The notes beneath the pieces are model-generated. The model saw only the letters and a list, made by a program, of their open reading frames with translations. It was not told the DNA's origin and did no database searches. Shown here in pieces: positions 1 to 11,329 of a stretch of DNA of 64,000 nt. Made by a program: the position numbers and the translations under genes. Source of the stretch: Selaginella moellendorffii (lineage: Eukaryota; Plantae; Lycopodiophyta); assembly GCF_000143415.4 (NCBI RefSeq), contig NW_003314334.1, positions 575,614-639,613 of the forward strand, written 5' to 3'. Positions within the stretch are counted from its first letter, which is position 1. The number at the start of each line of letters is the position of its first letter.

Positions 1-2500
1 CATGTTCAAAATCTCTAGAAACTTTTGTAGAAAATCAGCTTGCCCTTGACCTAAATACAATTGTTTCGTCCAATTTGAGCAAATTTATCAAAATTCTATT
101 GGCTATATATGTCATAAATGTGATTGTAGGTATTGAAAGTTACTTGCCAACAAGTCCTTTTAGATATTCTTTTATTATTGCTATAACAACAAGAGATTGG
201 TATTATTAAACACTTTATCAATTTTTATTGTGCTAATGGAGTTAACTATTAGACAAACATAAGGATAGAATTTCTAAATATTATTAATTAAGCATACTTA
301 GATTAGTTAGGAGTTCCTGTCTTATTGTGTTTTGCATTGTTTAGTGACAAAAACCCTTGTGTATTGAGATTAATCTCTCAATATCACTATATGATAGCTT
401 ACCATTTCCATCTTGCTGTCATGCTCTATATGTTAATCTTATTTGGTCCTATTGATTATTTATAGAAAGTGTCTAAATCTGCTAGTAAGGCATATCTATA
501 TAATGTAGAGATTGTCTACATTTATATATGCTCTCACATTTAGATTTAAAATCTAACATCATTCCATATTTAATAAGCTTTCATGATTGTCCTAAAGTCT
601 AATTCCTAGACCCAAAGTGTGCATTTATATGAGTAAATGGGTTTTAAATGTATAGTAGAGATAGTGGGTAGGTTTAGTATAGCTAACCAATCTAAAACAT
701 TGTCTACCTCCTTGTTAAGTGTATTTATTTTTGTTTTATATCCAATTTGGGTTTAAACCCACAATCTATACCATGCTAGCTAGTAGAGTACCTATATCCT
801 CACGTATATTAAATAACATTAAACTTTATTTGGCTCCATTTTATATGTTGGTTTTAACATTGGGATGTTAGATATTCTAAAACTATTCTAATGTCAATTT
901 GTGTTTTTGTTCCTTAGTTGTATACTCAAAAGTTGCTCTGCACTCTAGTTTTTTTGTTCTTTAGTTACATGCTCGAGAGCTTGGCTCTATCCCTTCGTTT
1001 AGTGGCCTAAGGCACTAAAGCTCAAGTCTTGCTCCATTGCCCTTGGCACATGTACTTAAGGGTTAAGTTCCACTTTGTGGTTATTTTATTGAAAACCACA
1101 TATACTACAATATGCTTTTATGAACCATATTATATTATTTAGCTATCATTTCTCTCAATTTTATCAAGCTAAAGAGAAGAAAAATTTTGTATAGCCCCTT
1201 TTATTCAAAAAAGAGAAAAGGTGAAAAAATGCTAGCTTCTTTCATTCTCCACTACCATTTTAACCATAATGAACTTTATTTTGTTTATAATAGAGCAAGG
1301 GTCAAATGCACAATTCAACACCCCCTTTTATTAAGGGTGGCCTCTTTACTTATTTGGAGTTGCATTCCTTGTAAATCAACTTAATGACTTAGGATATGTT
1401 TTAGTATATTACTTTCAATTATTTAGTATTTAAAAGTATAAAATATGTACTTTTTATTCTATTTATATAGCTTAATATGACTAAGATAATACTAAAGAGA
1501 ATGAATAAAAGAAAAAATATAAAACACAATAAATAAAAACCTTAGATTATATATTTATAAATTACAACCATGCATCATTGTTGCAAATATGATTGCAAGT
1601 ATCTACCAATGAGTCCTTTCAAATATTCTTTCTTTACTGCTATGATGGTAGGAGGTTAATATTACTAGACCCTTTTTCAATCTCTACTTAAGTTAGTTGA
1701 GAAATTGGTCTTTGTGTGTGCACTTGGTTAGATAAGTATAGAGATGGAATTCTTAAATGCTATTAGTCAAACAAACTTGACATAATTAAAGAAATTCATT
1801 TATTGGTTTGCACTTGTTAATGTTGGGAACCCTTGCAATATTAAATTTAGTCCCTCAATACTTACTAAGTGATAATTTATTATGTCTACCAAGACACTCT
1901 CACTATCATGCTTCATATGTGTTTGTTTCATTTGGTCCTAATGGCTATTTATGAAAAGTGTCTAAATCTGTTAATTTAGTATATTTACAAAATGTAGGGA
2001 TTGTTCTGAACACGATAGTATTATTCTCGTGTCCAAATTCACAATCTAACATCATTTTATATTTAGTAGCCCTTGTCATTTTGCTCCTTGGGTTATATAT
2101 TCAAGAATCATTCTGTGTTTTACTTCTTTCACTTTTATACTCTATGATTAGGAGTTTAACTCTATCCTTTCGTTCAGTGGCTCAAGGTCTTGAAACTTAA
2201 GTTCTCCACTATCCTTAAACACATGACAGCATATGAAAGGTTAAAGTTCCATTTCATAATTATAACATCATAAGGTAAAAAGTGAAAACCATATATGCTA
2301 CAATCCTAAAGTTAGTTGTTAAGCATTTCACTTATGCTAAGTATAATTGAGCATGATGCAAAGCACTAAGCCATGGAAGGAGCAAGGAGTGGCAAGGGGG
2401 TAACCACTTAAGAGAGAGGAGTGTTGGATTGTGCATTTGTTCCCTTAGTTACATTTAAACCATTGAAGAGTAAGAGAGAGAAGAAAGAACAAAATTATTA
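1..2500. mobile_element. Nested, degenerate LTR-retrotransposon remnants
   Basis: AT-rich, CpG-depleted, no credible ORFs. Diverged direct repeats at ~340-560 vs ~1820-2060 and ~985-1110 vs ~2160-2305. Two PPT + LTR-start junctions of one family lie in opposite orientation: minus strand AAAAGGGGG-TGTTGAATTGTGCATTTG from 1320, plus strand AGAGAGAGGAG-TGTTGGATTGTGCATTTG from 2422. Confidence 0.65.
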
Positions 2501-2848
2501 TCTATAGCACATGTGAAACGGTCAGATCCACGCAAACTAAAATCAAACACAGAATGTTGATTGAAACTTTCAAGGCTCAGGTTTCTTCAAAAACAATCAC
2601 TCACAAACTTTATGTCCAAAAGCTGGCTACCTCCTTTGTCCACCATAGTTAAGGACTTCAGAACTTTCAACTTGCACATTGACAAGGAGCTGGGCACAAC
2701 TCATGGACTATGGATTCACACAGAGTTCATGAATCCAAAATTTTGGGTCAGCCAGAGAATGCGAATTCATATTAGCAATTAATATTGTATTTGTATTTTA
2801 TGAATTGTGTTATAACAGAATATTGAGTCCAATGATGCTCATGTTTTC

Positions 2849-4410
2849 TTACTCAGTCCCACAGACAATTGTATCAATTTTGCAGAGAGGGATGGCTTCC
2901 AGCTTCTTTGCTAAGGTCACAGTGAGTCCATACTTCTCGCTGCTTGTGTCAACATGCACCACTTCAGCAGGCAGTGTCCAGTGAAAAGCATGTACCAAGT
3001 TGGCCAGCGCCAAGTGAAGTATGGAGAACGCTATAGATATTCCAGGACAGGCTCTGCTTCCTGCTCCAAATGGAATAACGTCCAAATTGTTGCCACCAAC
3101 ATCAAAGCAGCTGTAATCCAAGAACCTCTCAGGTTTGAACTTAAGGGGCTCCTTCCAAACTTTCGGGTCTCTTCCAATTGCGTATGCATTCACCATTAAC
3201 GTAGTAGCTTCCGGGATTTTGTATCCCATCACTTCGCAAGTTTTGGAGCATTCTCGAGGTAAGAGCAAAGGTCCTGGTGGATGGAGTCTGAGTGATTCTT
3301 TAACAATCGCTTGCAGATAGGGAAGCTTGCTAATGTCCCTCTCTTCCACCATTCTGTTGGAGCCAACGACACTAGCAATCTCATCCTGGACCATGGACAT
3401 GCAGGCTGGATGATTTATAAGCTCGGCCAAAGTCCATTCCAGCGACACGGATGAGGTATCAGTTGCAGCTTGAAGCAAGTTCTGTTAAACACTGACCAAG
3501 TTTAAAACCAGATGAATAACAGCTATATACGACTTACGATCATCAAGCCCCTGATAGTGTTCCGTTGAAGAACATCCTCGGTGCTCCTGAGCTTCAGCAG
3601 CAACCCAAGAAAGTCATCCGAACATGTTGGCGATCTGAGCTCGTGTTCCGTGATAATCTTGTCCACAAATTGACGGCTTCTAACAGACAGAGTCTTGATC
3701 CGGTCATCTTGGTTCATATTCAACCACTTGACGAAGCTGTATGGTAAATAGTCACTGACGGGAAATGCACCGGCCAAGCTGAACGACTCCTCCATAAGGT
3801 ATATAAACTCTTCTGCTTCTTTAGCATCAGTAGTATCACCTTCAAAATAGCGCTTGCTCATAAGCATTCTTGTGATGATATTGAAGGTCAGATGCTTGAA
3901 CTTGGTGCGAAGATCCAATGCCGAGTTTGGAGACGCTTCACCAAACGCCTGAATTGCTCTCACCAGGCTCCTCACCTCACTCATCCTCACATCTGCGAAG
4001 TTCCTGGCCGTGAAAAGCTTGGTTGTGCAAAGTCTACGGAGCTGCTTCCAGCGCATACCATATGGAGCAAACACCATATCTTCCCCGTCGAAGCCAAGCA
4101 GCAACCGACCAGCTGATAAGAACCGTGGCCTCGACGTGAAAACTTTATCTTGCACCTTGAGGAACTCCACTGCCGACTGGCTACTCGAGACCACCACAAC
4201 CGGAACCACACCAAATCGCAGAAACAGAACTGGACCATACTTCTCCGCAAGAGCTTTCAGCACGACATGAGGGTGGCCTTTTAACAGCAAGTGCAGATGC
4301 CCGACAAATGGTATAGCCAGTGGGCCTGGAGGCAGAATGTTATTCATGTTCCTCGCCCGCAGGAAGAAGCCGAAAGTGATCACAACCAGCAGCAGTAGAA
4401 ACACTTCCAT
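2849..4410 (-). CDS. Cytochrome P450, A-type (CYP71 clan); 2 exons (4410-3538, 3481-2849)
   Basis: N-terminal anchor plus PPGP hinge, I-helix AATDTSS, ExxR (KESLR), PERF, and heme motif PFGAGSRACPG. The 56-bp GT-AG intron 3537-3482 joins RGLMI|NLLQAATDT in frame. Confidence 0.95.
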
Positions 4411-4787
4411 GATACAGGCATAGAAAGATCAGGTGGGTGAAGAAGAACCGATTATATAAAAGCCTGATCCGTGATGACTACGGCATTGGAAATTTGGTAG
4501 CTGTCACTGTCATCTCGACCTGTCTTACGAAGGTAGTCAAAGTCTTTCTCGTCGCTTCGACTACAGGTTCTCGAGCCGGTTCTTCACATTTTTAAAGTAA
4601 TTCGAAACATTGACTAACTGGCGACGATGCCAAGGCTTGGCCTATGTTGGACGCGCATTGTTGAACGGTAGTGATTCTTATTTCAAGTCATTTCACTCGG
4701 AAGGGGGCCCAGAAACTTTGAAACGGCGTGTTAGTGGAAGCTGCTGAAAGATGGTTCTGAGTCGACTGTTCACCATGTTGGTTCAAC

Positions 4788-6437
4788 TCAGCAGTTGTAG
4801 CACTTCGCAAATAAGCGCAAGTCGTCTTTTAGGCTGAGAAGGCTAACCATATCACCCCATAGTGCCAGCCCGCATTCCACAATAACAACCCACAGTATGA
4901 CCCCAAGATTCAAACTGAAATCTGTCACCCAGCCAAAAGTTGAGAGTGACTTCGACTGTTGCTGCACAGTACGTGACCAGAACACCAGGTTGTAAGCTGC
5001 GCAAGGAATCACATAGAAGTTCCATATAATGAAAGTGGCGTCCAAAATTTTGCTGATGATCCCAAAGAACGGAAATGCCAAAGCGGTCAGCCAGAAGGCT
5101 AGGAATACTGGGACTCTGGATAATATCTTCTTGCCATAGCTCGGTGAGTCGTGCACACGCAGTAGCTTCTCCCACATTGCATACACGGCAAGGGAGTACA
5201 TTCCAAAGTTGATAAACTGCAGATTCTGTGGTAAATTGCAAGACCATATATGGACATACTGAACGGTCGTACCAGGTGCACCAGCAAGAGAATTATGGCG
5301 GTATCACGGAACTTGGAACTCGGAAGCAAAGACAGGGCATTGGGGTGCTTGAGGAGGATGTCCCCAAATCTGCGGTTCATACTGATGCTTGGAATCATGG
5401 TGACCAAGAGAATGTAGATCACCGAATAGGCATTGGCCATCGAAAACTCTTGAGGCTTCCACATTGCATCCATAATTTCTCTGCCATTACCCCGAAATTA
5501 ATTAAGAAAATCTAGCAAGTAGATCAAGAAAAATCTCTTACACAGGGACAACAACATGTCCAAGGATTGTCAAGCCGGAGAGACCAGTGAAATACTCCTC
5601 GTAGCTGTGAGGCGTTGTGTATTTTACACCTGCAACCTACAATTCCACTGATTATATTGTTGAAATCAATGTATTTCTTGCCTTTTCATGAGCTAGAGTC
5701 GCTACTACCAAATATGCAGCAACGTAAGTGGTTGTAATGACGCCAAGGAAAGACCAGATCCTATAGTTGTGAGCATTTGGAATAAAGATTGTCAGAGAGA
5801 AAACCGCAGTAAACACAGACGTCCAAGTCCTTTTGTCCAATGTTCTGTTGAGGTTGTAGACAATACTGCACAAGAACAAACTTCCTAATCAGTGTTTCAG
5901 AATGATAATAAATCTTACTTGCTGCAAGCAACAAGCTGGAGAGAGCATACATAGAAGACACAGACAATGTTTAAGACAAAGGAGACTGCTCTCCATCGAG
6001 GGCCGAGGTGCCCACCAATGACTTCATGAAGCTGGAAAACAAATAAGAGAATAAGTAGAACAATATCAGTGGCCACTGATTCTACCTGTGTCGTTGTTGT
6101 AAACCTGGTCCTGTCTGAAGCACCTGACTGATGGTGCAATCTGTATTTCAAAAACAGAATGCCGATTACATGTTGAACCCACGCTCCCATTCCTCCCTGA
6201 AACAGTTGATAAGCAATGGCAGAGGGTAGCCCCATTTGTGCAGTTGATTGTGGCATCGTGAGTAGCCGTGAAGCCATCTACGAATCATCAAATTATATCA
6301 GTCGAGCAATATACAATGGGAAAGAAACGGAGATTCCGAACCTTGACCGATGAAATGTTTAACCAGGCATCGAATGTGGAGCCTCCATGCCATAAGACTC
6401 GAAGCAGGAAATCATGCCAAGGATGTCTGCTGCCCAT
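4788..6437 (-). CDS. Divergent AUX1/LAX-like amino acid/auxin permease, multi-exon, apparently intact
   Basis: Spliced translation gives LWHGGSTFDAW, LLTMPQS, LDKRTWT, HNYRIWSFLG, EIMDAMWKPQ and C-terminal LFAKCYNC, all AUX1/LAX hallmarks. Exons join in frame, with one GC donor at 5681. Confidence 0.88.
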
Positions 6438-6995
6438 TGGAAATTCTTATTTTGCATATCCCCTCCAAGAACAATCGCTCAATTGCTCTAGGCGCTCAAC
6501 TAAACGCTGAAGAGAAAACAATTTCCTGCTCATCGAAGTTACAGACGCTGCCAAATACTCAGCCATAAGAGCATTGACGTCTACAGCTCTAGAGCATCAA
6601 GAACGCACTTCTTTTCTTATTTTTATTGTTTTCCCTGACATTTTTTTGCAGGAGACGTCGTTGAATCTTCTTGAGGAACTTCCAAGAACCCCCATTCTCC
6701 TCCTGTTCTACCACCAAACTGCTCTCCAGCAAGTCTTGGTTGCAAATCTGGATTACTTGGAAATCTAACATCTCTCAAATTTCTAGAGACCTTTCTTCAA
6801 GCTTTATTTATTTTATTTTATTTTATTTGGTCTTCACATATATTCTTACAAAACTTACACTCCTGAAGGCGCGTGCTATTTGAGGGAATTCTGTTTTCTT
6901 TTAATTTTTTTTTTCTTGTTTTTGTTTTGGTTTTTTCTTCTTAGTTTATCGCTCTTTGATCCTGTTTAATCTTTAATGCGCAGTAGGATGAAAGA

Positions 6996-8049
6996 CTAGA
7001 ACAAATCACCGTAACTTACAGTGTCCCTTCCTTCGGGAGCTGGAAAACTGGGAAGTTGTTCCCCATCTTCGTCTTTCACAGCGTCAAGATCAAATACTTC
7101 ACCCCTTTCGCCGCCTTCGTTTTCGTCCAATTCACCTTCCTCCTTCTCACCGCTTCCCGTCTCCGCTTCGCACACTTTGCTGCGCTTCCGCCGCCCTTCG
7201 CTAGGATCGTTCTTGTCCATTTCCCTCCTGCGTTTTGCAAATTCCACTGCTTTCTTCTGCAATTGGAACTTACTCAGAAACTCTAGAAACGTTTCTAGGA
7301 GATGAGCTTACTCTTGAGCTGGAGACGATCGTCTTGTATAGCTCCGGCTCTAGCCGCAGCTTGAGCAGATTTAGCAGCACACCACCGGGTGTACGCCTTC
7401 GTGAGCCATCCTGAGTCATTTGGCCACCATTTTTCTCAATCTCGTCTACCTGAAGAGAAGAACGAAAGCCCAGTTAGTCGCTCGAGCCACAAACTCTGTC
7501 CAGAAAAGAGAAGAAGTAAAGGAAAAAGCTTTGCCTCTTTGACAAGATCGTTCACCATCTTCATCCCCAGCATTTCCACTGCCATCCCGACCACGAAGAA
7601 CTTCGTCTCGTTTAGATGCTTACACACTGCGTCGACATAACTGCGTGAAGAAGAAGAAAAAGAAGATGAGAAGCCAAAGTAGAAATCCAGGAAAGAAAGA
7701 AAAAGAACCACTTACGTTTGGAGATCGCCTTGGAAGCTCTCAAGGTCGCCGCAAGAATTTCTCCCATCGGAAGAAGAATCTCTCTGCGCCTTCCTCCGTG
7801 ACTGTGCCAATCTCTTCCTCTTGCGATGCTTAGCTGCACCTGATAAACAGGGAGCATACGTGAGCTTACCATTGAAGAGCAAGAGAGAGAAGAAGAAGAG
7901 CAAAGACGATTATCCTATGGCGCACGCGAAACGGTCAGATGATCCACACAAATCAAAATCAAACGCGTACCAGCTTCGCCATCAGCCGATGTTGATCGAA
8001 GCTCCATTCCAGGCCTTGGATCGGCCTCCATAGACGCACTGTCCTCCAT
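6996..8049 (-). CDS. PHAX: PHAX RNA-binding domain protein (snRNA export adaptor), multi-exon
   Basis: Spliced translation: VDAVCKHLNETKFFVVGMAVEMLGMKMVNDLVKE|VDEIEKNGGQMTQDGSRRRTPGGVLLNLLK, the PHAX RBD motif GxRRRTPGGV. Ends VSYGDLF. GC-AG intron 7534-7450. Confidence 0.8.
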
Positions 8050-8133
8050 TTCTTTTCCCCTAGCAAATTAGGGTTCATGCAAAACAAAGTTCTATCAATC
8101 AAATTTCTGGAGCTGGAGCTCCATTTGGATTGC

Positions 8134-8736
8134 TCATTTTTTCTAGTTTTGCTTGTAGCTTGGCAGCGAGTTGAGCAGCCTTGGCATTCTTCTTTTGCAG
8201 CTCCTTCCCTGGAAAGAAAGAAAAAACGATCTTAGATCTTCGTTTTTGCTAGAACAAACTTACTTTCTTTCCGTCTCGCTTCAGATCGAGCAAAAAACTC
8301 CGCCCACTCGTCCGAGAGCACAAACTGAGGTTCTTCCTCCTCCACATCTTCTTCCAGTTCTTCAGCGTGATTCCAGTCCTCCACCCTTCAAGCCAAGCAA
8401 AAACTCGAGAGATCAAATCAATCTAGACGCAGGAAAAGAAGTAAGATACCCTTCGTGATGCTCCTGAGCAGTGGAGTGATCTTGAAAGTTTGGAGGAAAC
8501 GCTGGACAAGCATGAGAATGCTGGGTGTGTGTAGAGATTCCTTGAGCATTGGATGGATAGTAGTAAGGTGGAAGATAGCAAGGATAGAAGGCAAAATTCT
8601 GGGGAGCGGCAGGGAAGCACCCGAATCCCGAATGAGAGTGACCTGGATTGGCTCGCGCCGCAAGCGCAGCTGATGATGCTATCCCTGCCGCTGCCTCCAC
8701 CGCTGCCGCGATCGTCGAGGGGATGGCGCTGTCCAT
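8134..8736 (-). CDS. Uncharacterised small protein, 3 exons, acidic tract plus FVLSDEWAEFFARSEARRKER motif
   Basis: ORF from 8736 splices through GT-AG introns to EDWNHAEELEEDVEEEEPQFVLSDEWAEFFARSEARRKE|RKELQKKN...LEK*. The motif resembles a conserved plant hypothetical family. Confidence 0.7.
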
Positions 8737-9224
8737 CGAAGAACATAAACCCTAGAACGCTTATTTGGTTGCATTCCATCGCGGTCAGAGAACCCTAAAA
8801 GTTGACTAGCTCATTCCCGCCCAGAATGTTCCAGGGGCCCGCCTGGAATGTCCAGCCTTTTCAATTACGCGCCCCATGCGATGGCATCGCTTGAGGGCGA
8901 TGAGTAGAATGGAGGGTTTAGGAGGCTATGGATTTTGCTCAGCTTGGAATCGGCATTGCGACGAGGATCAGTGCCACGAGCTTCGCGTTGCCAGCGATCG
9001 CCAAGCCGCTGCCATTGCCGCTGTCGCTGCCGCCGCCGCCGCCGCAATTCGGGAGATTTTCGGAAGTCTGCCAAGATCGTGGGGAGCGCTTAGGGTCAAT
9101 GCGGCGCTTCCAGGATCCAGATCGGGTAAGCAAGCGCGGATTATCCCTCTCTTTCGTCATGGATGGATGAATGGATCTTTATTTCCTTTGCTGAGTAGGT
9201 CTTTGAAGGTGGGCACGCTTGAGC

Positions 9225-10115
9225 ATGCCTCCGAAAAAGAAAGGCAAAAGAAAGAAGAAGAAAGCACCCGCGTTTTACACTGACATTGATGATCTTCTAC
9301 CGTTTGGCGTTGTCCGGGTATGTATCAAATGTCTCCCTTTCCTCCTTTTTTCTCGATTCCCTTCGTGAGTTAAGAGTCACATACATTTGATTCATTCGTC
9401 AATGCAGGCTAATGAACTTATCACTACTGCTCTTGGAATCCAAGCAACAGTTCTTGGTGTCAAGTAAAAAATCCACCTCGCTAGTTTCGTCCATGCAAAA
9501 AGAGGTCCTAGACATTTTTTTTGCTTGCTTGCACCATCAGGTACAAAGTTAAAGGGGACAAAGACAGTGGTCGCCTGTGGGTCCAATACAAGTGTGGATA
9601 TCAGTGTCCTCTGGAAACGCAGCTTGAGCAGTAAGCTCGTTGTTTTTGTTTTTTCTTTTCTGCTTGTGTTTCTCTTCTTGCTTTTCGTTTTACTGGTTCT
9701 TAAGCTTTTGTTTTCTAGGCACAAGAGGTGTTCCGAAGGAGCTAATGTCTGGAAACCTGTGGCTGAGCTACAAGAGGTAATTGGCTTTGTTCTCGTAAAG
9801 AAGTTTCTCCAAGCTGTTTTGTTCCAATTCCAGAAGCAACGAAAGGAAGACGAAGTACGTGCCAAAGTCGACGATCTGAACCGGAAGTACCGCGCGGGGC
9901 AAGAGGCCAAGAACAAGAAGAAAAAAACCAAGCCAAAGAAACCAAAGCCGCCAGCTGATGCGACGGTGCCATCTCCGGCAGCTGCAGCAGCTCCCGCTGC
10001 TACCCGGGCGTCAATCTCCAAAACCCCCGCTGCTACCAGGGTGTCCATCTCCAAAACTCCCGCTGCTCCAGCGAAATCAGCAGCCGCGGCAGCGCCTTCT
10101 CGTTCCAGAAAGTGA
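9225..10115 (+). CDS. Uncharacterised basic protein, 5 exons, with Lys/Ala/Pro-rich tail
   Basis: In-frame splicing gives MPPKKKGKRKKKKAPAFYTDIDDLLPFGVVR|ANELITTALGIQATVLGVK|YKVKGDKDSGRLWVQYKCGYQCPLE...|HKRCSEGANVWKPVAELQE|KQRKEDEVR... with canonical GT-AG sites. Confidence 0.75.
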
Positions 10116-10584
10116 CGAGGTGCGTGAAAGTTTCGGTGGAATTTTTTTCTTTTTCAAGCAGATAGCAGAATCGAAAGAACCAACGAACGAACGGCCTGGA
10201 TCGATTGACAGATTGATCGAGAGGTGGTGGCCTACCAGCCATGCCGTGAAGCTTTCTAAGCAGTCCGGCTTTCTAGTGCGTTGACAGGACACTCGCCACT
10301 GATCGAGACTGTGATCTTCAAATGTTTCATAAAGAGAAACAAGCTTACTGTTCTAAGAGGAAAAGAAAAACTCGTGCCATTGACAAGGAAAAAGGAAAAA
10401 GCTAAGGAAAAAAGAGCTTTCGAGCAACCGCTTCCTTGATCATAGAGAGGGTCCCTCTTTCCACTCGAACGAACCAGAAATCTGAAAATATCCGCGGGAT
10501 CCTCCCTTCCGTACACGCTATAGTCAAATTTGGCAAGGGGATCGTGTGTCCGTACAGGGGATGTAAAGGGGAAAAAATATCCGT

Positions 10585-10786
10585 CCACGTCACTCATGTC
10601 ATAGCCCACCAAACCGGTGTAGTGGAAGTGTCCACGTGGTGCGATGTCGCGGTCCCCTCCCTCGTGATTATCACGTGGGCCTGTCCCACCCGGCCCAGGC
10701 AGCACCAACGTGGCAAGCTGCCATTGGCCCACACTTGCGATTGGTGCGCGCCCACGTGAAGCCCTGCAGGGATGGCCGACGCGTGG
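10585..10786. promoter_or_regulatory. Dense G-box/ABRE/CE3 cluster
   Basis: CCACGTCA 10585, CACGTG at 10633, 10672 and 10753, ACGTGGC 10708, and ACGCGTGG 10779, all within ~200 bp upstream of the hydrolase-like gene. Confidence 0.55.
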
Positions 10787-11329
10787 CAAAGCTGACGGCT
10801 GAGATCCGGCTATTGGATTCCAGACTCCAGTAGGTTCCATTGTTCTTCCAGTGAAGAAGAAGTCCCTGTGATCTATCAAGACGTGATCTATGAAGAGGAA
10901 GATTTTCCTGGCGAGAAGATATTTTGCTAGATTCATTAGATCTTATCTAACCTCTAAAATGCCTGCGCATAGAGCAAACAAGAATGCTACTGAGAATTCT
11001 CACTGCGTAAGTGATTTTGAGAGGCTCTAGAACGATCCATGATAGCTGGTGAGTGATCTAGAAGTCAAAATCCTAAAACGCTCTGATCGATTGAAAACTC
11101 TCTTGTTTTGCAGATCGAAGCACAGATTGAAAACTCTTCAAAGATTGAAAAATCTTTTCTTTTGCAGATGGAAGCATAACGCTCACCTTCTCTCGCGCCG
11201 AAGCTAGCCACGTAGAGCTTGAGTGATTCGATGATACGGTAAGTCTCTAAACCGAGAGCTCAATCCAGTGATCAATCAATCGGAAAAAAAAAACTATTTT
11301 TTGGTTTGTATCGCCAGATCGAGAAGCAA

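Noticed and set aside
6589-6771. Possible extra PHAX exon
   Set aside because: The upstream exon already ends in VSYGDLF*, similar to plant PHAX C-termini as recalled, so this is more likely UTR.
10256-10936. 226-aa minus-strand ORF
   Set aside because: No recognisable domain, it runs through the G-box cluster and intron-like T-rich sequence, and is better explained as promoter DNA.
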